A DNA stretch of 64,000 nucleotides, from assembly GCA_001795735.1 (NCBI GenBank), contig MGKQ01000001.1:14808-78807 (forward strand). Direction: 5' to 3'. This stretch comes from Candidatus Yanofskybacteria bacterium RIFCSPLOWO2_02_FULL_41_13. Its GTDB lineage: Bacteria > Patescibacteriota > Minisyncoccia > 2-02-FULL-40-12 > GWA2-44-9. The translations under genes and the position numbers were made by a program. Each line of letters opens with the position of its first letter. Within the stretch, counting starts at the first letter, position 1. The notes beneath the pieces were generated by a model that was not told the DNA's origin, made no database searches, and was given only the letters and a program-made list of their open reading frames with translations. Of the stretch, positions 47,184-56,294 are shown piece by piece.

Positions 47184-48033
47184 TTAGTAAAGTTAGTTCT
47201 TCCTCCCAATTATAATTTCCCCAATTTTTATATTTTTTTCTTAGTTCATCGTTCTCATGTCCGGGATGACAACCAAGTTCTATAATTTTATCTGGATATT
47301 TTTTCAATAACTCTTTTGCTGACTTGATGTCTCTATCGCTCAAATTTCCGGCATTAACAAAACCGACGGAAAAATCGTTGCAAACAAGGCCAGCCTTTCT
47401 TACTTTTCTTTTTGCTATCGCCGACAAAAAGTTTAGAAACAACAGTTGAAGTTTTCTAAATAATTTGCCACCCAAAAAGCTAAACGGTTCATTTACGATA
47501 CGAATGTATGGAATCTGGCGTTCCTTGGCCAGCTTAACAACAATTTCTGTAATTCCCGGTAGCAGATGTAAATGCTGATGGCTATTTATGAAAGATAGTT
47601 TGATACCGGCTTGAATGCACTTATTTAACTGAGCCCTTAGTTCCGCCTCCACTTTTTTGAGACTAATTAATCCTAAAATATATTTGATGAAAAATATCCT
47701 GTGGTTTTTAGGAAAAACGGTCTGAGTAATGGGTCTCTCCTCAACCAAAACCAGATGTATCCCGTACGAAGTCTCGCTCGCGCTAAGAGCACGAGTCCTT
47801 TGGACCTCGGCGAGGCTACTTCGTACGGGATGAACCCCGATGTTTGGAAGTTCAACTTCCAAACATCGGTGGACGGCATCATCAAAAGCCGGACCATTAG
47901 CCATCAGAGAGGCACCGTCTATCTTGGCTCCTTTTAATAAAAAAATGATTCCATCGTTAATGGATTTGTTAAGACCGAGATCGTCAGCAATAATCCTCAA
48001 GTTACCAATTCCCAAGTTACGACTTACAATCAA
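47164..48033 (-). CDS. YdjC/ChbG-family carbohydrate deacetylase (NaxD/HpnK-like)
   Basis: N-terminal IIADDLGLNKSINDGI and overall YdjC-like pattern. TTG start. Confidence 0.65.
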   Translation of the reverse strand: MIVSRNLGIGNLRIIADDLGLNKSINDGIIFLLKGAKIDGASLMANGPAFDDAVHRCLEVELPNIGVHPVRSSLAEVQRTRALSASETSYGIHLVLVEERPITQTVFPKNHRIFFIKYILGLISLKKVEAELRAQLNKCIQAGIKLSFINSHQHLHLLPGITEIVVKLAKERQIPYIRIVNEPFSFLGGKLFRKLQLLFLNFLSAIAKRKVRKAGLVCNDFSVGFVNAGNLSDRDIKSAKELLKKYPDKIIELGCHPGHENDELRKKYKNWGNYNWEEELTLLNESHAQ

Positions 48034-48061
48034 TTCCAGATTTACAATGTTTCAAAAGTTT

Positions 48062-48089
48062 GAAAATTGAAAATTGAAAATTGAAAATT
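48062..48089. repeat. heptanucleotide tandem repeat (GAAAATT)x4 in the spacer between the GT2 stop and the deacetylase start
   Basis: Seen in sequence. The last unit overlaps the GT2 stop codon. Confidence 0.8.
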
Positions 48090-49083
48090 ATAAAGCATGT
48101 ACTCCATATGGCGTTTCCTTTATACTCTCACCTTCAATATTGCATGTTTCCGAGACAATATACAAAGGCCGCCCCTTAACCTCATTGAACATTTTATACA
48201 AGTACTCCCCTACTATACCGAGAACCATCAGCTGAATACTGCCCAAGAACAAAACCAATATAACTAAAGTTGCCCAACCGGCGATCAAAGGATTAGGATT
48301 AACGTAATGATCAATAACGACATAACCGGAGAAGATTATACTTACAAACAGAACAAAGAGTCCCGCCCAGAAAGCCATCCTTAAAGGAAAGGCTGAAAAA
48401 GAGGTAACTCCGCTCAATACCAGTTTGATTAATCTTTTAATATTATATTTCGGCTTGCCGGCTATTCTTGATTCAGCAACATAGGGCACATACTTCTTCT
48501 TGAAACCAATCCACTGAATCATACCCCGCAGATATCTTTCTCTTTCCGGCAGTTTTTTCAAAGCATTAACCACTCTCCTCTTGTATAAAGCGAAGTCGGA
48601 AACATTTCTAAACTCCAGATTCGTGATCATGCTCATTAGCTTGTAAAAACCCTTTCCCCCGGCCTCCCTTAATTTAGAGTTCTGCTTGTTATCTAATCTT
48701 TCGCCTATAACAATATCGGCCCCTTCTTCGGCATGCTTAATAAATGTAGGTATCAGATGAGGCGGGTGCTGAAGATCTCCATCCATAGTCAGAACCATTG
48801 AACCCCTTGAGAAGTCCAGGCCAACATTAAAGGCAGCCTGATGGCCGAAGTTCCTTGATAGCTTAATTACCTTAAACTTAGAGTCCCTGTCGGCAGTTTC
48901 TTTTATCAATTCAAAAGTTCTATCGGTTGAACCATCGTCAACAAAAATAACCTCACAGCTTTTGGCGACGCTCTTGCAAACGCCGTTTATAGCTTCTATA
49001 AGAAAGGGTATTGCCTCCTCCTCATTAAAAAGCGGGATAACTATAGATAAATAAGTGCTTTTTGACATTCCATTATAATACAA
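48088..49083 (-). CDS. GT2 polyprenyl-phosphate glycosyltransferase (ArnC/GtrB/DPM1-like)
   Basis: LSIVIPLFNEEEAI...VDDGSTDRT...DGDLQHPP and two C-terminal TM helices. Confidence 0.8.
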   Translation of the reverse strand: MYYNGMSKSTYLSIVIPLFNEEEAIPFLIEAINGVCKSVAKSCEVIFVDDGSTDRTFELIKETADRDSKFKVIKLSRNFGHQAAFNVGLDFSRGSMVLTMDGDLQHPPHLIPTFIKHAEEGADIVIGERLDNKQNSKLREAGGKGFYKLMSMITNLEFRNVSDFALYKRRVVNALKKLPERERYLRGMIQWIGFKKKYVPYVAESRIAGKPKYNIKRLIKLVLSGVTSFSAFPLRMAFWAGLFVLFVSIIFSGYVVIDHYVNPNPLIAGWATLVILVLFLGSIQLMVLGIVGEYLYKMFNEVKGRPLYIVSETCNIEGESIKETPYGVHAL

Positions 49084-49107
49084 TCAAAACTTACTTTTGT
49101 AAATAAA

Positions 49108-50760
49108 TCATATTCTTGAACAGTCAAAAATATAAGACTCTATTTTTTTATCCTGAAACTTTTTTAATAGAGGGCACTTCGAAATCACCGGCCAGTAGCG
49201 TCCGTTTTTATCTATGGCCGGAAAATCAACAATCATATACTGACCCTGATAGGCATTTATCCTCTCACTATAATCGCGCGTCGGAGCAGTATAAAATCTA
49301 GCATTATATTTGCCGTTTAATTTTAAATAGTAAGCCCCGATATCGTAATAAGTTATAACTTCCTTAACGGAATTACTGGAATTAACATATTGGATCGTTT
49401 CTTTCGCCACCTTGTCTACGCTGCCGTTTAGAGGGCCGGATAAATATTCAGCCGAAAAAAGGATGTTATATACGACTCCAAAAACAATGAATGCAGCTAA
49501 AAATAAACTTCTCCTATTCTTCACGAATAGTGCTCCGGCCAAAGATACAACGGAAATTAACCAAGTCAAAATTATAAAAATAGCCGAAAAGTAAAATCCT
49601 GAAGGGCCGGAACCGCCAGTAAAAGGAATTAGAAAACTGAGATCTAAAGACTTAACTCTGTCTAAGTAGGCCGTCTTCGGATTCAGAGGCAAGACATCAT
49701 GGGGCAAAGACAGGATAAAATAAGAGATGAGAATAAAAGCAGCCGCAACTACAATGTAAATATTTCTACTAATTGCCTGTTTTTTTAGAAGATCGGTTAT
49801 TACCTGAGCACTTATAAGAACCGAGGGAACTATCCAAAACATGAAATATCTCTCTATCGTAAGAGTGGCAAAATCAAATAAAATGAGATAAAAAATTAAG
49901 TTAATAAATAAATATATAAACCATATCCTATATCTTCTTAATACATCCCTCATAAAGACTCCGCACAAAACGGGCAGAAGCAAAAATGGCGAAAGCCAGA
50001 CTAAAGATTTGAAAATTTTAAAGACTAAGTCGAAATAGGCTCTTGATCCGAAATTAAAGCTTTTAAAGTGGCCGGCATACTCAACGACCATTTCCATGCG
50101 AGTGGCATAAAAATAATAGAATGCCGCGAAAACGGCTAAAAGTACCGCCAGCCACGGCCATAATTTGTGAACAGTCTTTCTAAGCCCGCCGCCATCTTTG
50201 GAACCGTAAAATTTTATTGCCTGATCAACGATCAGCGCTCCGATAAATAATAAGAAGCTCAGCTTGGTCAGAAATCCACCAATTATAGCTAGTCCGAATA
50301 AAACGAACCACCGTTTTTCTCTTCGTCCCTTTTCTGAAATATGCAGAAAAGAATAATAGGCAAGTAATATAAAAAATGGCAAAAAAGCACCATCTATGTC
50401 TATCTGTAAATTAGCTATCAGGCTATAAATATTAACTGTGAAAAGTCCGGCCGCAATCAATGCAACCCCTTTACTCTGCGTAGCCTTCAGAGAAATTATA
50501 TAAATTAAAATTAAATTAAAAAAGCTAAACAAAAATGGAACAATTCTCAAATAATCTAATCCGAAGATGCGTCCGGCAAATTTATAAGCAAACTCCGATA
50601 AGGGCGGGTGCGGACTTTCCAGGTTGCCAAAAAAAGGATTGGCAATACTTGCCCATCTATATTCGTCTTGATGATAGATCTGATCAAAACCCAGAAACCT
50701 GGAGACAACAAAAAAAACAACCAAACCCACAAGCAATAAAGTATATTTATCAAATCTCAT
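49108..50760 (-). CDS. ArnT/PMT-like (GT39/GT83-type) polytopic membrane glycosyltransferase
   Basis: More than 10 predicted TM helices. First-loop YHQDEYRWASIA motif (DE) typical of PMT_2/ArnT. Confidence 0.65.
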   Translation of the reverse strand: MRFDKYTLLLVGLVVFFVVSRFLGFDQIYHQDEYRWASIANPFFGNLESPHPPLSEFAYKFAGRIFGLDYLRIVPFLFSFFNLILIYIISLKATQSKGVALIAAGLFTVNIYSLIANLQIDIDGAFLPFFILLAYYSFLHISEKGRREKRWFVLFGLAIIGGFLTKLSFLLFIGALIVDQAIKFYGSKDGGGLRKTVHKLWPWLAVLLAVFAAFYYFYATRMEMVVEYAGHFKSFNFGSRAYFDLVFKIFKSLVWLSPFLLLPVLCGVFMRDVLRRYRIWFIYLFINLIFYLILFDFATLTIERYFMFWIVPSVLISAQVITDLLKKQAISRNIYIVVAAAFILISYFILSLPHDVLPLNPKTAYLDRVKSLDLSFLIPFTGGSGPSGFYFSAIFIILTWLISVVSLAGALFVKNRRSLFLAAFIVFGVVYNILFSAEYLSGPLNGSVDKVAKETIQYVNSSNSVKEVITYYDIGAYYLKLNGKYNARFYTAPTRDYSERINAYQGQYMIVDFPAIDKNGRYWPVISKCPLLKKFQDKKIESYIFDCSRI

Positions 50761-51490
50761 TTTTCTGAATTACCATTAATATAGAGATGCCAAAAGAAAA
50801 ATTCATGAACTTTAGAAAATAGGTTTCTAGGTTAAAGATGGCATAAAATAAACTGTTTAGAGAAGGGTTATTAATTTCAAAATCAGATTCTCTGGCCTTC
50901 AGTTTAAGCAGTCTAGATAATAGCCTGACTGCAACAATTGGCAAAAATAAAAAGGTGTTAAAGTAGGTTTTTCTTAATATTTTAAGGTTGGGATTTTTAT
51001 TTATAACTGCCGACAATGACTCGGCCGTATACCGCCTGAAGTGGTGGGCAACCTCATCCTGAACCCCCCAAAGCCACTGATATGCCGGAACAGCTATAAT
51101 CAGTCTGCCACCCGGCTTTAAGGCCCTTTCTATGGCCCTAATTGCCCCCAAATCGTCCTCTATATGCTCAATAACATCCAAGGTCATTATGAGGTCAAAA
51201 CCGCCCTCTGGAGCCCTAATTTCGCTATTATTAACGACCTCTAAATTACGGATGCCCCGAGATCTGCCAAACTCAATAGCCTCAGCCGAGATATCGGCTC
51301 CGGATGCATTGAAGCCAAGCCTTTGCAAGAAACCAACGTTATATCCTGAGCCACAGCCAAAATCAAAAATTTTTGCCGTTTTCGGTATTTTATACTTTTT
51401 TATTAATGCCAGAATAACTTTTCTCCTGACCCTAAACCACCAGTGACTACCCTCTGTCTCAAAATATGTTTTATAAAAATTCTTATCCAT
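50750..51490 (-). CDS. class I SAM methyltransferase
   Basis: IFDFGCGSGYN. Start codon ATG (MDKNF) lies at the junction with the repeat element. The ORF-track start 51514 is a GTG inside the element. Confidence 0.7.
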   Translation of the reverse strand: MDKNFYKTYFETEGSHWWFRVRRKVILALIKKYKIPKTAKIFDFGCGSGYNVGFLQRLGFNASGADISAEAIEFGRSRGIRNLEVVNNSEIRAPEGGFDLIMTLDVIEHIEDDLGAIRAIERALKPGGRLIIAVPAYQWLWGVQDEVAHHFRRYTAESLSAVINKNPNLKILRKTYFNTFLFLPIVAVRLLSRLLKLKARESDFEINNPSLNSLFYAIFNLETYFLKFMNFSFGISILMVIQKNEI

Positions 51491-51610
51491 CCCGCTTAGA
51501 AGTAGTGCAAGCACCCACTACCACCATATGATGCCGCACACTATTAATTATTGACTGATATTCATATCATTTAACCCGTTTAGAGTACTTCTAACGGGAT
51601 TCATTTATTC
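51486..51610. mobile_element. roughly 125-bp terminal-inverted-repeat element, copy A (MITE-like)
   Basis: Ends CATCCCGCTTAGAAGTAG ... GTACTTCTAACGGGATTCAT. Near-identical to copy B at 61162. Overlaps the last codons of gene 51591..52541 and the start of the MTase gene. Confidence 0.65.
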
Positions 51611-52541
51611 TTTTTCTTGCCATATCAATCCCGTAAGCAAACATTTCATGGCGGCGAGGGCTGGTATAATGTTTCATAACCATATTATCACCGAGAAAAC
51701 CTTTAATTGCATACCTCTCCGTTGATAGGAATTTATAATTTACTTGGGCAAAAAGACAAGTCCATCCCTCCATCTCAATAAAATAATCGTTAAGGGGTCT
51801 TTTTGTATGTTCTAAATACTCCGAAAACTGACTGACAGTAAATTTATCTTTATTGATTACTATGTAACCGCCATTTAGCAAAGCCGCTTTATTTTCTTTG
51901 AGATTATACTTCTGAGTATAAAAGTCATCCATTTGCAGAAAAAAGTCCAGCTCATCGCCAATATGACGCTGAACCATGGCGTCATAATCGGTTTTTCCTG
52001 AAATAAAATCTACTACTTCTGTCGGTTCCTTATAATAAAGTATGTCTGAATCGCTGGCTATTACTTTTTTTGCCTTGCTAAAAACAATTATATTGGTCAG
52101 CTTATCGAAAAAAAAGTGGCATTCCAGTCTTGATTTTTTGATAATCTCGGGAATGCCGGGCATTTCTAAAATACGTTTAGTGGTCTCGTCTCGAAACATT
52201 ACTTTAACATTCGGGAACTTGCTTAGAATTAATTTTTCTGTGGCCTTGTCTATCGTCCCATCATCGTGAATAACCACAACCGGTTTTAGTTTTGAGTGAA
52301 AAAGGAAAGACCTAAGCATCCAAGCGAACATCCAAAGACCCTGGCCGTGCCTTGAGCAAATAGTGTGGAGCTCAAAATCAGGATCGGGAACATAATCAAA
52401 ACAAGGCAAGCGGGAAAATAAATAATTGCCGAAAAATCTGTTTTTAAAATACGGCCACCAATAGCGCGGACCGTATCCTCTCTCAATTAGATGCTTAAGA
52501 TAAAACAGTTCTACTTTTATTCTTTTAAAGTTTTTAACCAT
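51591..52541 (-). CDS. hypothetical protein, possibly GT-A-like glycosyltransferase (DxD)
   Basis: VVVIHDDGTID...SDSD. No family recognised with confidence. Confidence 0.35.
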   Translation of the reverse strand: MVKNFKRIKVELFYLKHLIERGYGPRYWWPYFKNRFFGNYLFSRLPCFDYVPDPDFELHTICSRHGQGLWMFAWMLRSFLFHSKLKPVVVIHDDGTIDKATEKLILSKFPNVKVMFRDETTKRILEMPGIPEIIKKSRLECHFFFDKLTNIIVFSKAKKVIASDSDILYYKEPTEVVDFISGKTDYDAMVQRHIGDELDFFLQMDDFYTQKYNLKENKAALLNGGYIVINKDKFTVSQFSEYLEHTKRPLNDYFIEMEGWTCLFAQVNYKFLSTERYAIKGFLGDNMVMKHYTSPRRHEMFAYGIDMARKRINESR

Positions 52542-52545
52542 TGGA

Positions 52546-53001
52546 TTAACTTTTCATAATATATCCCCACTTAGATTCGAGAAAATGACGCTGTTCTTCA
52601 ATGATATTGTCGGGTAAAGATTTGAATATCTTTATTTCTGACGAATCCTCATTCGGTTTCATTAAAGTAGCTTCTGCCAAGCACAAAAAGACCAAACCCA
52701 CGCTAAAGCCGAATCCTCTTTCTTTCTCTTCACTATCATAATCAATATACCCAAGCAGTTCTCGGATGCTAACCTCAATTCCAAGCTCTTCAGCCGCCAC
52801 CCTTTTTACTGCATCCGTAACTTTCTCTTTGTAAAAAACAGTTCCGCCAGGAATATGCCATTTGCCGCGATATGAAGGTAATTTTCTCAATGAAAGAATA
52901 ACGCCTTCAGGAGTTTTCACGACTAGCTCAACGCAAAGACGAGGTACTCTGGAATAAATATTTTTAAACTCCTCGTGCGAAAACGGCTTATTATTGCCCA
53001 T
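52546..53001 (-). CDS. NUDIX hydrolase
   Basis: Nudix box GGTVFYKEKVTDAVKRVAAEELGIEV. Confidence 0.8.
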   Translation of the reverse strand: MGNNKPFSHEEFKNIYSRVPRLCVELVVKTPEGVILSLRKLPSYRGKWHIPGGTVFYKEKVTDAVKRVAAEELGIEVSIRELLGYIDYDSEEKERGFGFSVGLVFLCLAEATLMKPNEDSSEIKIFKSLPDNIIEEQRHFLESKWGYIMKS

Positions 53002-53057
53002 GGTTATTAGAATTTAGACTTATTAATACTAGGATATTCGGCTAAATTTGGCAATAA

Positions 53058-53082
53058 AAAACGCCCTTGTGGCGTTTTAAAA
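53058..53082 (-). terminator. rho-independent terminator (minus strand) after the DegT-like gene
   Basis: AAAACGCC / GGCGTTTT stem. Confidence 0.5.
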
Positions 53083-53084
53083 AG

Positions 53085-54305
53085 TTAAACTTTTCGTAAA
53101 TAATCCGTTACGACATCCATAACGTAGCCTAAGTGTTCTTGGCGCAATCCGTGATGACAACCGATAAGAAGTCCCTGAGCCATAATCATATCAGAATTAA
53201 CCAAATCACCATAAACACGGTGGTTAATATTCTTATAGGGCGGATGTCGCAGAATGTTTCCCGCAAACAGCACCCTCGTCTGAATGTTTTTTCCTTCCAT
53301 ATAGAGCATCAATTCGGTTCGTTTTATCGATGAATCTTCGCGGATAGTAAACGGGAATGCCAGCCAGCGAACATCACTTTTAGTGACGGCCTGACGAGGT
53401 AATACAAAGTGTTCCGGAAAGCCGGCAAAAAAATCGTATAGAACCTTGAAATTTCTCTTACGAATCTGATCGAACTCGCTCAAGCGTGATAGCTGGACAA
53501 GTCCAAACGCAGCTTGAGGATCCAGGGCCTTGAAATTAAAACCAAGCTCACGAAAAACAAACTTACCATCATACTGAATATCATTCAAAAAGAAATTAAA
53601 GCGAATATCGGGATGCTCATCATAATATTCCGCCGAGGCTCTACCCCAGTCTCTAACGATCTGGGTAAAATCAGCATCGGCCTTATTCTTGAACATTACC
53701 ATCCCCCCGCCGCCCATTGCTGTAATTATGTGAGAGGCATAGAAACTGGTCGTACTGGCATCTGCATATTTACCTGTCGGCTCGCCTCTAATCGTACCGC
53801 CGATCGAATCACAGCTGTCCTCTATCAGCACCAAATTATGATCGTCGGCCATCCGACGCAATTCAGCCATATCATTAAGATTGCCTATCAGGTGGGGTAT
53901 CATCAAACCAACCGTATCGGAATCAATCGCCCCCTCAACAAGATTCAAATCCACATTATATGTATCCGGCTCAACATCAACAAAAACCGGGATGAGTCCC
54001 GATTCAATCAGGGGATTAACAGTTGTGGCAAAAGTGCAAGCCGGAGTTATTACCTTACCGCCCCGAACCTTGCCCAAGAGCGCTCTTATGGCAAGTAGAT
54101 TTGCCGAAGAACCTGAATTGACGAATAGCGCAAAGTTCTGGCCAAAAATTTCAGCCACCTGTTTTTCAAACGTTTTGGTATATCTGCCGATGCCCAGCCA
54201 ATCGTTGTTTAAGCACTCCAGAACGGAGGCTATCTCTCTCTCTCCGAAGATTGCTCGACTGTAATAAACCTTGTCTTTTCCGGGTACAAATGGATGGTTT
54301 TCCAA
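53085..54305 (-). CDS. DegT/DnrJ/EryC1-family PLP/PMP enzyme with His at the canonical Lys position (second 3-dehydratase-like protein)
   Basis: TTSFYASHIITAMGGGG, where aminotransferases have SF..K...GEGG. Confidence 0.7.
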   Translation of the reverse strand: MENHPFVPGKDKVYYSRAIFGEREIASVLECLNNDWLGIGRYTKTFEKQVAEIFGQNFALFVNSGSSANLLAIRALLGKVRGGKVITPACTFATTVNPLIESGLIPVFVDVEPDTYNVDLNLVEGAIDSDTVGLMIPHLIGNLNDMAELRRMADDHNLVLIEDSCDSIGGTIRGEPTGKYADASTTSFYASHIITAMGGGGMVMFKNKADADFTQIVRDWGRASAEYYDEHPDIRFNFFLNDIQYDGKFVFRELGFNFKALDPQAAFGLVQLSRLSEFDQIRKRNFKVLYDFFAGFPEHFVLPRQAVTKSDVRWLAFPFTIREDSSIKRTELMLYMEGKNIQTRVLFAGNILRHPPYKNINHRVYGDLVNSDMIMAQGLLIGCHHGLRQEHLGYVMDVVTDYLRKV

Positions 54306-54437
54306 GATACTCCTTATTTTTTATATGTGCTAGTTAATAGTGTTACAATGTCTTCGGCAACTTTGCAATATTGACTCATAGCTTTTTTTATAGTACAGAT
54401 ATGAGCAAGCTGTTCCTTTATAACTCAAGGGGCGAGA

Positions 54438-56294
54438 ATGAAACTGACAGACTATCTAGCTCAGTATTTAGCTGATTTGGGTATTAAAAAAGTTTTCCTT
54501 ATCACCGGTGGAGCTTGCGCTCATATTGTAGATTCGCTTGGAAAAAATCCAAATATCGACTACGTCTGCATGCAACATGAACAGGCTGCCGCAATGGCCG
54601 CGGATGCCTATGCTCGAGTAACCAAAAATATAGGAGTTGCCGTCGCAACTTCCGGTCCGGGAGCAACTAATCTCATAACCGGTGTTTGCTGTTCTTATTT
54701 TGATTCAATTCCAACGCTGATGATAACCGGTCAGGTAAACTTGTGGGAAACTAAGGGTGAAAGAAAAATACGACAATTCGGATTCCAAGAAACCGATATC
54801 GTTGATATCGTCCAGCCGATAACTAAATTTGCCGAAATAGTTAAAGATCCTGATAATATAAAATATTTGCTTGATAAGGCTGTTTATATTGCCAAATCAG
54901 AAAGACCGGGTCCTGTCTGGCTGGATATTCCGATGAATGTTCAGCATGCCGAGATTGAGCCGGATCGGCTTATAGGTTTTGATCCTGAAATTTATCACGA
55001 ACATGATGAGCCGCCGTTACAGAAATACACGGACTTAACTTCATACGATATGTGGGGTATTTTAGGCAAGCTAAAAAAATCAAAAAGACCCATAATTATC
55101 GCCGGCTCTGGAATAAAATTAGGTCGAGCCGAAAATGAATTTCTAAAAACGCTGAGTGTGCTAAAAATCCCTGTCGTATCAACTTGGAGCGGAATTGATA
55201 TTCTGCCCCACGATCATGAACTATATATCGGTCAATTTGGCGTCTATGGAAACAGGGCGGCTAACTTTGCTGTTCAAAATTCAGATTTACTTCTGAGCCT
55301 GGGCTCACGTCTTGATACGCGTCAAACTGGCGGTCAGCCTAAAACATTTGCCAGAGAAGCATTTAAGATCGTAGTCGATATTGACAAAACAGAGCTAGAC
55401 AAGCAATGGGTAATAGCCGATATGCCGATAAATGCTGATGTAAATGATTTTCTTACGAAACTAAATATTTTTGTTTCTTATTCTGATGACCACCTTCCAA
55501 ATTTTTCAGATTGGCATTCAATCTGTCTAAACTGGAAACAAAAATATCCGGCCGTTCTTCCCGAATACTATCAGCAGGAAGGATCAGTTAACTCTTATGT
55601 TTTTATTAAAGCATTGTCGGAAAAACTTCCCCCGAACTCGATAATTATCCCTGATCAGGGTGGTAACCTAACTTGGACAATCCAAGGATTTAAAGTAAAA
55701 AGTGGCCATCGATTATTCTCGGCTTTCGGCAACTCGCCGATGGGCTATGCCATGCCGGCATCAATCGGAGCCGCTTTCGCCGATCCTACAGCAAATATAA
55801 TTTGTATCGACGGAGACGGTGGGTTCCAGATGAACATCCAAGACCTTCAGACGATCAGACACTATAACCTGCCAATAAAAATGTTCATTCTTAATAATAA
55901 TTCTTACGGAATTATTAAACAATTCCAGGAAGTTTATTTTGAGGGACGCTATGAAGCTACTGTCAAAGAAACTGGCTATACTGCTCCCGATTTTGTAAAA
56001 GTTGCTCAAGCCTATGGAATTGTAGCAGAAACTATTAGAGATCACTCTGGGATTGATCAAAAACTAGATAGAGTGCTCGCATTCGAAGGACCTATTATAT
56101 GCGACGTAAGATTAGATGAATCACAGAAACTAGTACCCAAACTTGTGGCCATAAAAACGGCTGACGGGAAATATATCAGTAAGCCGATTGAAGATATGAT
56201 TCCCCTGTTGCCCAGAGATGAGTTCAAAGAAAACATGATTGTAAAACCGCTTGAAGAGAATGACGGCACCAAAAAACCGTCGGAGATAAACTAA
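54438..56294 (+). CDS. ThDP-dependent acetolactate-synthase-like enzyme (IlvB/YerE-like large subunit)
   Basis: N-terminal ThDP-pyrimidine domain, central domain, C-terminal GDGGFQMNIQDLQT...NN ThDP motif. Confidence 0.8.
   Translation: MKLTDYLAQYLADLGIKKVFLITGGACAHIVDSLGKNPNIDYVCMQHEQAAAMAADAYARVTKNIGVAVATSGPGATNLITGVCCSYFDSIPTLMITGQVNLWETKGERKIRQFGFQETDIVDIVQPITKFAEIVKDPDNIKYLLDKAVYIAKSERPGPVWLDIPMNVQHAEIEPDRLIGFDPEIYHEHDEPPLQKYTDLTSYDMWGILGKLKKSKRPIIIAGSGIKLGRAENEFLKTLSVLKIPVVSTWSGIDILPHDHELYIGQFGVYGNRAANFAVQNSDLLLSLGSRLDTRQTGGQPKTFAREAFKIVVDIDKTELDKQWVIADMPINADVNDFLTKLNIFVSYSDDHLPNFSDWHSICLNWKQKYPAVLPEYYQQEGSVNSYVFIKALSEKLPPNSIIIPDQGGNLTWTIQGFKVKSGHRLFSAFGNSPMGYAMPASIGAAFADPTANIICIDGDGGFQMNIQDLQTIRHYNLPIKMFILNNNSYGIIKQFQEVYFEGRYEATVKETGYTAPDFVKVAQAYGIVAETIRDHSGIDQKLDRVLAFEGPIICDVRLDESQKLVPKLVAIKTADGKYISKPIEDMIPLLPRDEFKENMIVKPLEENDGTKKPSEIN

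Noticed and set aside
1314-54264. Numerous 60-145-aa ORFs antisense to or nested within the large genes (e.g. 1314..1517, 7974..8306, 17342..17677, 22862..23161, 34729..35166, 53514..54098, 53881..54264)
   Set aside because: Each lies wholly inside a longer ORF with strong family signatures on the other strand or frame. They have low-complexity or Cys/Ser/Pro-rich composition and no SD or start context, so they are treated as spurious.
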